A stretch of DNA of 64,000 nt from NCBI RefSeq assembly GCF_006345805.1, contig NC_043000.1:38254001-38318000 (forward strand), given 5' to 3'. The stretch is from Octopus sinensis (taxonomy: Eukaryota). Below are positions 37,250 through 50,320 of the stretch, piece after piece (positions within the stretch are counted from its first letter, which is position 1; the number at the start of each line of letters is the position of its first letter). Made by a program: the position numbers and the translations under genes. The notes under the pieces were generated by a model. That model worked only from the letters and a program-made list of their open reading frames with translations. It did no database searches and was not told the origin of the DNA.

Positions 37250-38190
37250 AGAAACTTCTGGGGAATGGAAATCCCTAATAACGGAGACCCCCTTCGGTCA
37301 CGAATGTCCATGGGATTGAACCTAGAAAGTTACCCTCCCACGCACAAGTCTGGGCAACGTTGTTTGTGGAAGACCAGCAGTTGCCCATGCATACCAGCCT
37401 CTCCTCTCCACGCCACCAGTGTTATCCAAGGAAAAGGCAAAAGGTCCAATACAGCTTGGCACCTGTGACGTCGCAACTCATTTCTACAGCTGAGTGAACT
37501 GGAGCAACGTGAAATAAAGTGTCTTGCTCAAGAACACAACACGCAACCTGATCCGGGATTCAAACTCACAACCTCACGGTCGTAAGATCGACGTTCTAAC
37601 CACTGAGCCACGCGCCTTCACCTAACAACACAAGTACCTTAAAACACAAGTGCCTTACAATACTCCCTAACAACAAATGTCCTTGACGACACAACTCCTT
37701 GAAAACACAATTACTTGACAAATCCCCGTCAATATCCGTGATATTGCTATGTATGAATATTTGTTGTAATTTAAAATGTAATGTCTTTGTCAATGTTGTT
37801 ATGTAGACTCGGCATTACCATTATGATTGAGCAGGCCCACACTAAAGGCAGTGCAGCTGTGACCATCCATCTTCTGGGGGTATGTTTAAGGAGCACTCCG
37901 TTGGTTACGATGACGAGGGTCCCAGCTGATACGATCAACGGAACAGCTTGCTCGTGAAATTAACGTGCGAGGGGCTGAACACTCCACAGACACGTGTACC
38001 CTTAACGTAGTACTGAGGGAGATTCAGCGTGACACAGAGTGTGACAAGACTGGCGCTTTGAAATACAGGTGCTATTCATTTTTGCCAGATGAGTGGACTG
38101 GAGTAATGTGAAATAAAATATCTTGTCTTACTCAAGTACAGAATGCATCGCTGGGAATTGAACTCACGACCTTACGATCATGAGCCAACC
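37250..38190 (-). mobile_element. Two adjacent tRNA-derived SINEs (family C-like; 37250-37620 and 37830-38190)
   Basis: Both contain GAGTG(G/A)ACTGGAG-AA-GTGAAATAAA-T-TCTTG and a (G)GGA(A)T(T)(C)(G)AACTCAC-ACCT-ACG-TC B-box on the minus strand. Confidence 0.7.
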
Positions 38191-38593
38191 GAGACCAATG
38201 TTACAAGTACCTGTTCGACAAAAGAAACTAATGTAGCAGGTACCAAACCCTACAGGGCAGTGCTCCAACATGGCCACGGTCCAGTTCTTGACGCAAATAA
38301 AAGCTGAAAGATAAAAGATAGAAAATAATGGAAGATTTTGGATTAAAATGAAAATTAATAGAATTTGAATAAGTGAAAATCTTTTTTGAGTTGGAATTAG
38401 GCATTATGGGATGTCGATAATAATAGTTATGAATTAATTAACTTAACAATTAAAAATTATAATTAGAAAATCTGAGATAGAAAACAGAAGTGTCTGTTTC
38501 TCTTTTCTGTCACAAACAACTGTTGATTATAAAGTATAATATTGTTTTATGCCAATAATAGTCTTCTGTGTTGTAGGATATCGTGGCATTGTG

Positions 38594-38804
38594 TAAGGCA
38601 GCGAGCTCGCAGAAACGTTAGCACGCCGGGCGAAATGCGTAGTCGTATTTCGTCTGCCGTTATTTTCTGAGTTCAAATTCTGCCGAGGTCGACTTTGCCT
38701 TTCATCCTTTTGGGGTCGATTAAATAAGTACCAGTTACGCACTGGGGTCGATATAATCGACTTAATCCGTTTGTCTGTTCCTGTTGGGCAGTAAAGACAT
38801 AAGA
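38594..38804 (+). mobile_element. SINE family A with 16-bp target-site duplication
   Basis: ATATCGTGGCATTGTG at 38578-38593 and 38805-38820. Confidence 0.9.
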
Positions 38805-39207
38805 ATATCGTGGCATTGTGGAGAACAGAACGTACGTTTCCACGTATAAAATATCCGTGAAATACTGGTATCTGTGAATGCTTTGTGTGTCTGAGACACA
38901 GAAAATTGAAGGCTCAAACGTGAAGACACAGACATATGCAAGCATGTCCGTCCGTCCGCCCGTCCGTCCGTATGTACGCATACATGCATGTATGCATGTG
39001 TGCATGTGTGCGTGTGTGTATGTGTGTGTGTATGTGTGTATGTGTGTATGTGTATGTGTGTGTGCATGTGTGTGTATATATGTATGTGTGTATGTACGTA
39101 TGTGTGTATGTGTGTATGTGTGTGTATGTGTGTATGTATGTGTGTATGTATGTGTGTATGTGTGTGTGTGTGTGTATGTGTGTGTATGAGTGCTTGTATG
39201 TATATAT

Positions 39208-39571
39208 GTTCTCATGGTAGCAAGGTTGTGAAGGAAAGCATCTTGTTTTAACCATCATCCTTGAAATCCGAGCGTCTTTCAGATTTTTATTGTCGCAGAT
39301 ATCATGACTATATGTAGTGTATGAATTAAGGATCTGCGTTCTGTCACCCAGATTCCAAGTTCAGTCATATTTTGCTCCAGAGGGGTTGCTATGTATCATC
39401 TTGCTCCAGTAATAATAGGCATGAATCTGTAAGTGTATCTTGGAGACTGGATTTGCAAACACCTTTCAAAGACCCATGGATATTTTGTCTCAATGTACGT
39501 CTGTATATTATTATTCAGTTTATTTCAAAATTTCTTAATTGGGATTTCAACATAAATAACACGGTATTTTT
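39208..39571 (-). mobile_element. RLE-LINE 3' fragment in (TACA)n, unit 1
   Basis: LQIQSPRYTYRFMPIITGA...ELG...LI..L.I..ISATIKI*KT = diverged RLE C-terminus. Confidence 0.65.
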
Positions 39572-39689
39572 GTATGTATGTATGTATGTATGTCTGTATG
39601 TATGTATGTATGTATGTATGTATGTATGCATGTATGTGCGTATGTATGTGTGTGTATGTGTGTATGTATGTATGTATGTATGTATATAT

Positions 39690-40053
39690 GTTCTCATGGT
39701 AGCAAGGTGTGAAGGAAAGCATCTTGTTTTAACCATCATCCTTGAAATCCGAGCGTCTTTCAGATTTTTATTGTCGCAGATATCATGACTATATGTAGTG
39801 TATGAATTAAGGATCTGCGTTCTGTCACCCAGATTCCAAGTTCAGTCATATTTTGCTCCAGAGGGGTTGCTATGTATCATCTTGCTCCAGTAATAATAGG
39901 CATGAATCTGTAAGTGTATCTTGGAGACTGGATTTGCAAACACCTTTTCAAAGACCCATGGATATTTTGTCTCAATGTACGTCTGTATATTATTATTCAG
40001 TTTATTTCAAAATTTCTTAATTGGGATTTCAACATAAATAACACGGTATTTTT
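39690..40053 (-). mobile_element. Tandem duplicate of 39208-39571
   Basis: Nearly identical sequence, separated by (TACA)n. Confidence 0.85.
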
Positions 40054-40189
40054 GTATGTATGTATGTATGTATGTATGTATGTATGTATGTATGTATGTA
40101 TGTATGTATGCATGTATGTGCGTATGTATGTGTGTGTATGTATGTATGTATGTATGTATGTATGTATATATGTATGTATGTATGTATGT

Positions 40190-40575
40190 GCGTGCAGATT
40201 TGTATGTTTTGTGTGTATTCTCATGCATATAGCTGCCTATCTAGATATGCTCATATACATTTAAATGGTAAACTTCTGCACAGTTTTACAGATCTATACA
40301 GTTCAAGTGATGGATTGGATCTTTAGTTTTCCAACTAGCTTTCACTTTTCTGGTTTTGAGAATCCCAATTTCTCAAAATTGGTATTTAGGCAGTGTGTTA
40401 CATATCCCAGGGCCCCAATAATTACAGGTACAAAGCTGAACTTGGATAGAGTAACTGCAGATTTCTCAATAGTTCAGCATAGGTGTTCTCCTTTTCACTG
40501 ATTTTCAGCTTTATATTAACATCTGTTGAACAACTAATTTCCACAACTGTGCAGAGTTTTCCTTCTCTATCCGAA
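40190..40575 (-). mobile_element. RLE-LINE 3' fragment in (TACA)n
   Basis: DREGKLCTVVEISCSTDVNIKLKISEKENTYAELLRNLQLLYPS; homologous to 56130-56510. Confidence 0.8.
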
Positions 40576-40625
40576 ATGTATGTATGTATGATTGTATGTA
40601 TACAATCACACTCACACACACACGC

Positions 40626-40670
<45 letters not shown>

Positions 40671-40845
40671 AGGCCAAAAGTGTACGTACGCCGCTATATG
40701 TATACATATAAAAACAAAACAAAACTGGAACAAGAAAGCCAAGGGTAGAATAATATTTTTTTATTAATATTAGTAATATGTTTTCTTAAATCAAAGTTGC
40801 AAAAACTGTTTTGTTACGTTTTTGCATATTTAATTTTTAAAAAAT

Positions 40846-40885
<40 letters not shown>

Positions 40886-40889
40886 GTAA

Positions 40890-41570
40890 CGGATTACTGG
40901 GACTCCAAGGTTATAGCCGAGAAGGTAGTCATGGAACCATTGCAGATTTCCGATGCAGCAGATATATAATTATTAAACAGGACAGCAAACATTAAGGAAA
41001 GGAAAACATCTCAAATGAAATACAATATTATTACAGGAAGAAATTCAAAATCTTACAGCTGTTTGGGGGATATCTTCGAGTATGGGATACTCTCGTCATC
41101 AGAAACAAATAGGGAAAATGAGAATAGTATATATTAATAAGATGACAACGTAGAGGAAGGGAGTAAAAGAACATGAAGATGCAAAGAGAGAAGAAAAAAG
41201 AGGCATAAAATGGGATGTCTACTATATAAGGACTTTAACCCACATGGATCTACGCAGGATTGCACCTAAGGACTCATGCTCTGCTTTCTATAACTTCGGA
41301 TAGTTGAACTATGAACATTTATGCCTCTTCTTTCTTCTCCCTTTCCATCTCTTTATACTTTTACTCCCTTCTTCTATGCTGTCATTTTATTGATGAATAC
41401 TATTCTCATTCCCCCCCCCCTCAAATTTGTCTCTGGTGATGGAATATCCCATACTCGAGTATATCCCTGAAACAGTTGTAAGATTTTGAATTTCTTACCA
41501 TAATAATATTGTATATGACTTGAGATGTTTGCGTTGCTTTAATGTTTGACGTCCTGTTTAACAATTATAT
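40890..41570. mobile_element. Fold-back element with two degenerate inverted hammerheads (family F4)
   Basis: Arms 40962-41213 / 41315-41570; HHR-like motifs at 41051-41105 (-) and 41430-41483 (+) ending (G/C)AAACAG(C/U)UGUAAGA. Confidence 0.8.
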
Positions 41571-41809
41571 ATATATATATTCTTTTTATTCTTTTATTCT
41601 TTTACTTGTTTCAGTTATTTGACTGCGGCCATGCTGGAGCACCACCTTTAGTCGAGCAAATCGACCCCGGGACTTATTCTTTGTAAGCCCAGTACTTATT
41701 CTATCGGTCTCTTTTGCCGAACCGCTAAGTGACTGGGACGTAAACACACCAGCATCGGTTGTCAAGCAATGCTAGGTGGACAAACACAGACACATAAACA
41801 CACACACAT

Positions 41810-41853
<44 letters not shown>

Positions 41854-41882
41854 GTACACACACACAGACACACACACACATA

Positions 41883-41942
<60 letters not shown>

Positions 41943-41949
41943 GGTTATG

Positions 41950-42420
41950 AGAGGTAATGGTGTCATTAAGACCCAAAGGTGTCAGGTAATGCTGAGTAAG
42001 TGCTATGGATAGACCACAGTTAAGTTCCAGGTTCGGTGATTATGCGAATAAGGAGTCCAACGCTGGTCATATATCAGCGTGCGTATATATAATTTTTTTT
42101 CAGAATGAGATGAAAAAACCAAGGCTGTGAAGATTTTAGAACATTTATAAATAGAAGGTCTTACAGCTGTTTCCAGGACATCTATTATATCCCTTCATCG
42201 GAGACGGTGTGAGAAAATGGTTAAGCAATAGTTAATTTAGATAAGATATGAAATAGAGAGTGAAGTGGAAGAATGAAAATAGATGTGAGATATGCAAGGA
42301 TATTGCATTTGTAGATCCATTATTTAGGCAGAATGGTATACATATAAGATTCTAATACCTTGAGAAATTCTATAGTCAATTATCAGGGACTAATCAATTA
42401 ATTAATGTCCTGGTTGTTAC
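41950..42420. mobile_element. Family F3 element: unique head plus inverted HHR-bearing repeat
   Basis: Head 41950-42100 is homologous to 47460-47590; 42100-42420 is a reverse-complement homolog of 15800-16140. Confidence 0.7.
42158..42205 (-). ncRNA. Minimal hammerhead motif, CCGAUGA variant
   Basis: GUCU-CCGAUGA-a-GGGAUAU(AAUAG)AUGUCCU-g-GAAA-CAGCUG-UA-AGAC. Confidence 0.6.
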
Positions 42421-43999
42421 ATATCAAATATGCATGACTAATTAACTATACGAATGAAAGGTATTCTTGACACTTTTTACTCTGAAAAAGCTATTTTAAC
42501 AAGAACTAAATGTGATTCTACTTCCCTATTCTGGTAAATACGAATACAGTGGAGTCACAATGGCCCAGTGGTTACGGCAGCGGACTCGCGGTCTTAGGAT
42601 CGCGGTTTCGATTCTCAGCAGGCTGTTTCGTTGATCGGATCAACTGGAACCCTCGTCGTCGTAACCGATGGAGTGCCACGATACGAACACAACCAACAAT
42701 AACATCTAACTATGTTGTCATCTCCATCGATTACACATCCATTATTTTAAGAGACACCAAAGATCATGATGTCACTTCTGCGCATGTCCATTTTCAATTG
42801 TCGCTTGAAAGCATTTTCACTGACTTTTACTGCTTTCGTTTGTATGTATGAATGTAAACATTTATCTGAAAAGGAAATTTTGTTTCATGCCGGACACAAA
42901 CATTAAACTGTATATTTTAAATCAAAACTATGTGACATATCAAACACTAATCTTAAATACTAATTCATAGTTTATCTCCAGTCTGTGGAGTGGATTACCT
43001 AGTTTACGCTCATCCATTTGATAGTATTTAATCATTTCCTAATCTGTTAATACTAATTAATGCTATCGTTTATCTATTATCTTTTTCTTGTTTCACTCAT
43101 TCAAGTGCAGTCATGCTGGGGCACCACAACAGGAGGTTAGTCAAACAAATTGACACCAGAAGTAACATTTTTGAAGCCTAATATTTATGCTATCGTTTTA
43201 TTTTTGTCGAACCGTTAAATTACGGGAACTTAATCTAATTAACACTGATTGTGAAGCGGTTGTGGGAACACTAGAAACACATACATACACGACGGGCTTC
43301 CATACATTTTCCGTTCATCAAATTCACTCACAAAACATTGATTGGTCCGGGTTAATAGCAGAACATACCAGCCCATGGTGGTATTGAATCAGAAACCTCG
43401 AGGCTGCAAAGCGAGCTCCTTAATCTCACAGCCATGCGTGCGCCTTTATCAGCCCTTTTTCTGTTGCAGTTCTGATATTGTATTGATACACAGCAACACA
43501 ACATAACAGAATACAATGGCAGCTTCATCGCCATTTCTATGAAATTCCTTTCAATTTCAATCCAGTTCTGCCAAATGTCCATTCTTAAAGATGGAAATAA
43601 AATATGGAGATGTGATTCGAAATTCTACTCATTTCTCCGTTGTTTATGATTTGGGTGTTTTGTCGACAACATTCCGCTCCATCTGGACTGTTTGTTCATA
43701 ATGTTGGACGGTCTTGTATGGACGATTATGAGGGAGTAAAAGAGAAAAAGGAAAGGGGACCGAGGAAGAGGGAGATGGAATGAAGATCGGTAAAAATGGC
43801 TAAAGAAAGCGAACTGGAATCTAAAAGCATCAAATGTGGCTGCTGTATGATTTAAGACCAATCTAATTATTAGATGGACAAATATTGTAAAGCAATAGGC
43901 TCACGAGCGATGAGTATTCACAGAAGAAATGTGGAAATGAGTTGTCACAAAATGGCAAAACTTGTACAGTGTTTGTAGAAAACCTTCTGTTTGTTTTGG

Positions 44000-44045
<46 letters not shown>

Positions 44046-44473
44046 GGTGAGAGAGTGAGAGAAGGGGTAAGAGAGAGATAGGTGGGAGAAGGAGGGAGAA
44101 ACTGGCCAACATGGGGCGTCCACTTAAATTACTTTTCATATCTTCTGTCAGTGTAAGAAGTTAAGTGTACAACTCATAAACAATGTAAACGTTTAAAACA
44201 CGCAGACATATACACGAATGCACACACACTCACACTTATATATGTATAAAATATATATGTATATAATATTATATAGATATATATATATATATATATATAT
44301 ATAGATCTTAGTTTTAAGTTTTATATTAAATAAATAAAAATATATATATATGTATATATATAAACATATACAAATATACATATATGTATATGTATGCATA
44401 TGTATATATATACATACATATAATATATATATATATATAATATATATATATATATAATATATATATAATAGAG

Positions 44474-44534
<61 letters not shown>

Positions 44535-45400
44535 TACACGTGTATAACCAAACCCACATAGACATGTATAAATATATTCATGTATGTATATATATATGTG
44601 CTTGTTTCAAATTAGGTCTAAATCATTTTATATTATCCGATGATAATGCTAAGGTCAACATCGTCTCTTCTATTTTATCGGAACATATTTACAAGGCGAT
44701 ACCACATAAAGCTTACATGTATCAAACAAGAGTCTATCGTATATTTCCGTTGAATAGCCTTCTATAATTACAATGCATATTCATAACAGACAGTACTCAG
44801 GTCTCATGTCTATGTAAATAAATATCGCAATGTATGGTTTGTAACTACATACTCTATGTTACAATGCAGCGAAGTTATATAGCGTAACATTTCATAGAAT
44901 GTTATTCTATGTTTATATAATTCAATTCTACCGAGCGTTTCATTCTATTATTTGTTAATATATCACTGCATTGTATAACCTAATACACTATATATATATA
45001 TATATAAAGGGCGATACTACTACTTTACCATACCATAGAAATATTCGTAGGAGAGGCTGAACAATATAGTTTCATACTAAAACGCGGGCATAGCTGAGTG
45101 GTGAAGAAGCTGCCTTTGCAACTGTGTGGTTTTGAGTTCAATATCACTGTGCGGACAGACCAATGCCCTTTCTGTAAAATTGATAGATAGAAACTGTGTG
45201 GAAGCCCAACGTATATACAGACACACTCAGACACACACGCGCGCATATGCATGCATGCATACATGCATACATACGTACGTACATACATACATGCATACAT
45301 ACATACGTACGTACATACATACATACATACATAATACATGATTGATTGATTGATTGATTCTAGTTTCAGCTTAAGAGCTGTGGCCATGCTGGGGCACCTC

Positions 45401-45435
<35 letters not shown>

Positions 45436-45704
45436 TCATAAATGTATGGGAAGTAGGTTTTTCTTGTATATCAATATCATTATTATTAATTATTAAACTT
45501 TGTATTATGTATATCCTGACTCACGATTATAATTAACCAACATGGGGTTAAATGTTTATTTAAACATATGTATTATATATATATGTATATATATATATAT
45601 ATATATGTATATATAATATATATCTATATATATATATATATAGATACATATAGATACATATATACATGTATGCATGCACAATATACCTAACACACACACA
45701 CACA

Positions 45705-45737
<33 letters not shown>

Positions 45738-46289
45738 ATATATGATTATTTAATAAACACAGTACATGTACATGTTTCTTATGTGCTACTAACAGTTATA
45801 TGTGCGAGAACATGCCAACAATGTTTTATAAAGTATCTAACATCTTCTCATAGTCATCAGGCACAGTCCACATGGATGTGCCTGACGACTGTGCCGAGAT
45901 TTCAGACGCGTTATAAAACATTATCTGGCATATTCTTAGCACATGATACTATTAACAAGACATAAAAACATTTTTTTTGTTTAATAAATATGAGTTATCC
46001 CTCAGCTTTTTTTGATTCCCCACAACACAATGAACTACCCTATTCAGAGCCCCACTAAAAGATATCTCCCAATTCTTTAGCACACCCGTAAAATGAATGA
46101 ATAATGACTGGGTCATCGACCACTTGTTATAGAAACCAAGCATTAAAGAAACAAAGGAAAGGAAATAACGTGAGTTTCAAAACGTGGTGACATTCGTTGT
46201 GAGCATATGAAGATTCTGAAGAGAGTGAGTAAATTATTTGTATAAAGAATTATTTAGAGCCAGTGCAAGAATAAATTGTAAACCAAGCA

Positions 46290-46600
46290 ATTTGGTTTAA
46301 TGTGCCACTTACCCACAATGCAAAGAATGGCGAAAATGGGACATAATTATTTAACAGTGTAAGGGTACATAAACAACAGATTAAGGAACCAGTTATTAGA
46401 AACACAATAAGGAGTGAATTCTTTGATAAAGACAGGGAAGTAAGATTCAAAATATTTCAACTTCTTTAAGATGTGAAGAGAAAATAAATTCTTTTGAAAG
46501 TACAAAAAGAGATATTTTATTAAAAAACTCAAACCGAAACTCAATGAAAAATATTATTTGAAGTAACGAAATTAACATTAGATCGATTTCAACGTCACAC
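46290..46600 (+). mobile_element. Decayed PLE GIY-YIG C-terminal remnant
   Basis: SVRVHKQQIKEP..R....SE...FKIF and KRYFIKKLKPKLNE, comparable to ETFFIEKYKPELN in the 29-32 kb element. Confidence 0.55.
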
Positions 46601-46973
46601 GACCTCAACGAAACACTATTTGAAGGATGAAACTTACGATCATATCTATTTTTGTATACATATGTATGTTTCTACATGCGAGTCTATGTATATGTGTATA
46701 CGTATGTGTAGACGAATATGTATGTGTGTGTGTGTGTGTATGCATTAATATGTGTACGCCTGAGTGTATATGTGTATATGTATGACTACACGTCCGAGTC
46801 AGACTCTAAATGTATTTCGATTGTTCACTCTATAGTACACACACACGCTTGTATACATACAAACATACATACATACATACATGCATATATACATAATACA
46901 TGAATGTATGCATATATATATATATATAATTTCTCTCTCTCTCTTATATATATATACATATACATACAAAAAT

Positions 46974-47003
<30 letters not shown>

Positions 47004-47004
<1 letters not shown>

Positions 47005-47363
47005 CACCTCCTCCAGCTGGCTATAGACACACTTTCTGTGCCCTATCAGTATTTGCGAAGGGAGGCCATCCTTCCCGTCTTCAACGATGTGTTGCTGCTA
47101 CTGTTTATAACTCGCTCTGAGATTTATCATTGTTTGATTTCACTTTTTCAATATCAGTGTCAATCGATACTGGAAAAAGTATATGTATTTGTGAAGGGAG
47201 CCGAATTCTCATCGACAACTATGATTGTCACACGCCGATGACGGGCCAATACCCTGAAACTCGAGTCCGTGTGTGCCATAAGTTGAAGACGGGAAGGATG
47301 GCTTCCCTTCGCAAATACTGATAGGGCACAGAAAGTGTGTCTATAGCCAGCTGGAGGAGGTGT
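47004..47363. mobile_element. Fold-back with 82-bp arms (1 mismatch) and a hammerhead in the spacer (family F5)
   Basis: Arms 47004-47085 / 47282-47363. Confidence 0.85.
47229..47273 (+). ncRNA. Minimal type I hammerhead motif, CCGAUGA variant, GUC cleavage site
   Basis: CACACG-CCGAUGA-c-GGG(CCAAUA)CCC-u-GAAA-CUCGAG-UC-CGUGUG; perfect 6-bp helix I, palindromic ACUCGAGU helix III. Confidence 0.75.
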
Positions 47364-47596
47364 CTTCCTGGGGCTACAAACTACAGTAGCATCCACCCTT
47401 AGGAGTTAGCCATATTCAAATGGCAAATATACGTCACGATGTGTTGCTGCGACTGTTTATTGGTGTCAAGAAGACCCAAAAGTGTCAGGTAATGCTGAGT
47501 AAATGCTATGGACACACTATAGTTAAGCTCTAGGTTCGATAATGATACGAATGAGAAGTATAACATAGGTCGTATATTAGCAAGCATCTATTTAAA

Positions 47597-47712
47597 AATT
47601 AACAGAATGAGATTAAAAAAAAATCTAAAGCTGTGAATAATTTTTAGAACATTTATAAATGTTCTGAAAACTATTCACAGCCTGGGATTTTTTTTAGCTC
47701 ATTCTGTTAATT
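47597..47712. repeat. Spacer-less hairpin formed by the F3 terminal sequence
   Basis: Centre AGAACATTTA|TAAATGTTCT; imperfect arms extend to AATTAACAGAATGAG / CTCATTCTGTTAATT. Confidence 0.8.
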
Positions 47713-47713
47713 A

Positions 47714-47755
<42 letters not shown>

Positions 47756-49904
47756 ATATATATATATATATGTATGTATGTAAAGAGAATGGAGAGGTAG
47801 AATCCAGACAGACAGAGTTTCCCCGAAATCCCCTTTGCTTTCCATCCTTTCAGAGACGATAAGAAGTTGTGAATCCTGAGCAGTGAATTGGAGGAACGGT
47901 AACTACATCGGAACGGAGGACTTACGACATTTGTAGTGGATATTTACGTCCTGATTTCAAATCGTGTCTTCCACCTCAGGTGTTTAGCTTAATCCTTTAT
48001 CAGTATCCCGCCTGGTAACTTCGGTACCTTTAGAAAAATACCTGTTGGTAAAATTTCGCGAATACGTGAAGTGGGAAGAATTAGTCTCAACCGACTACGT
48101 AAGCATGGAAAGTAAATTTGAACCCAGTAGGAATTGAACTAAGAAAGCGTATTGTGATAAATTAACACTGTGAGGAATTCTGACAGACTCATCAATTCCT
48201 TCACCAAACGCCAATTCGAGTCTATTAAAATCAACTGCGTTGATTTACATGTATGTATATTGGGTACGCATATACACTTCATCCTCTTATATATCAAAAC
48301 AGGCATTGGCGCATACAAACACGCACGCACATACATATGTGTAGATATATGGAGAGAGAGAGAGAGGGGGTGGGGGCGGGAGAGAGTAAGCAGCAATCCG
48401 AACATCTTTTATTCTTTTTCCAACCGATTGTCATTAATCTCGGTGTTTTTGTCTATAGTTTTACTGACGTCTTTTTCCTACTTTTTCAATGATTTCCTTC
48501 TTATTTATTACTCAGCATTTCCCTCTTGTTTATTTATTTATTATTAATATTTTTTTGCATATTTGAACTGACCAAGCTTGACCACAGTTTGTTGAACAGT
48601 AAACCAGCATCTACACTCCACAAGCACAAACCAAATATACTACTTAGTTGCTGAAAACACAATGTGTCTTCTTCAAATGTCAGTTACGCTTGCATTCCTC
48701 AAAATTCTAAAACATTTAAACAGAAATAACATAAAAAATAAATCAAAAATTTTAGTATAAAATAAACAAAAACCTAAAGACAATATGAAATATATAAATA
48801 AACATGTTTTATTATTTAAAAAAATACTTTCTCAACTTTATTCTTTTTTTTCACTGCCTTTTGCAATATTTCACATTCATTTTGATATTATTTTAAACTA
48901 TATTTTCTATTTTACTCTGGACTTACCAATTCCTTCACGGTGACTGCGGTGAAAACTCTCGAAGCATAAGAATCAATATTGTGTAAACACACAGTGAAAT
49001 TTACAAAGATTTTTATAACTGATTTCTATAACTTTTTCGTTATTTCATTATTGTGGTATATAGTTATTTTATTTTTCAATAACATTAAAAAAATAACAGG
49101 AATAAAAACAATAAATAACAGCAGTAAAATGAAAGAAAAATTATATATATTTATGTGAAGCGAAAAGAAATTCGAAATAAAAATATAACAAAAAAAGAAA
49201 AAAAACGAGTATTATATTAATAAGGAAGAATGATTTTTTAAAATACTGCTATTTGCTCGTATATAAGTTCTGGGCATAATTGTGTCGACATTGTATTAAA
49301 ATTGCTTTTACAGTGGCTGTCCGTTTAGCAGTCTAAGCGCTCCCAAGTCTAATTTGATACCAATACTATCGCTTGGAACCTAATGAAACGTTAAAATCAG
49401 GTTTAGTCTAGCGAATCTAACATTATGTTTCAAAAATATCACATATACAGCTAGCTATTGGATTTCAGAATAATGTAAGTTTTAGCATGGAAGTATATAA
49501 TTGAATTAACTCTTTGTCTTTCGTTGCTTCGATGATTTTTGTTGTTTATTTATTATTTAGATATTTTTCCATTTAGAATTTATTGTTTATTTTGGTATAT
49601 TATTTGTTTACTATTTACTTTTTTCAAACTAAGATGGTTACTGTCTGAAAAATAGGAACGCCTGTTATAATTTTGTGAACTTTAACACTTAAAGCTACTA
49701 CAATATGTATGAAACGTTCTATCAGAGACACTAACAATTTTCTACAAGTCTTCTACCAAGGGAAAATATTTAACAAAGAACAATCAATGCGAGATATATC
49801 GATTATAGCACTATAGGGCATATAACACTAGACATGTACTTATTGAACCAAACCTATTTTAATTTCCGGTTATAAGCAATCTAGTTCATTATTTATTTCT
49901 AATA

Positions 49905-50320
49905 ACACGGAGAGCTGGCAGAAACGTTAGCACGCCGGGCGAAATGCTTTGCGGTATTTCGTCTGCCGTTACATTCTGAGTTTAAATTCCGCCGAGGTCG
50001 ACTTTGCCTTTCATCCTTTCGGGGGTCGATTAAATAAGTACCAGTTACGCGCTGCGGTCGATGTAATCGACTTAGTCCGTTTGTCTGCCCTTGTTTGTCC
50101 TCTCTGTGTTTAGCCCCTTGTGGGTAGTAAAGAAATAGGTATTTCGTCTGCCGCTACATTCTGCGTTCAAATTCGCCGAGGTCGACTTTGCCTTTCATCC
50201 TTTCGGGGTTGATAAATTAAGTACCAGTTAAGCACTGGGGTCGATCTAATCGACTTAATGTCCTAGTTTGTCCCCTCTATGTTTAGCCCCTTGCGTGGCA
50301 AAAAAGAAATAAGAACCGTT
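49905..50320 (+). mobile_element. SINE family A, dimeric form
   Basis: Same two-unit layout as 8515-8915. Confidence 0.85.
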
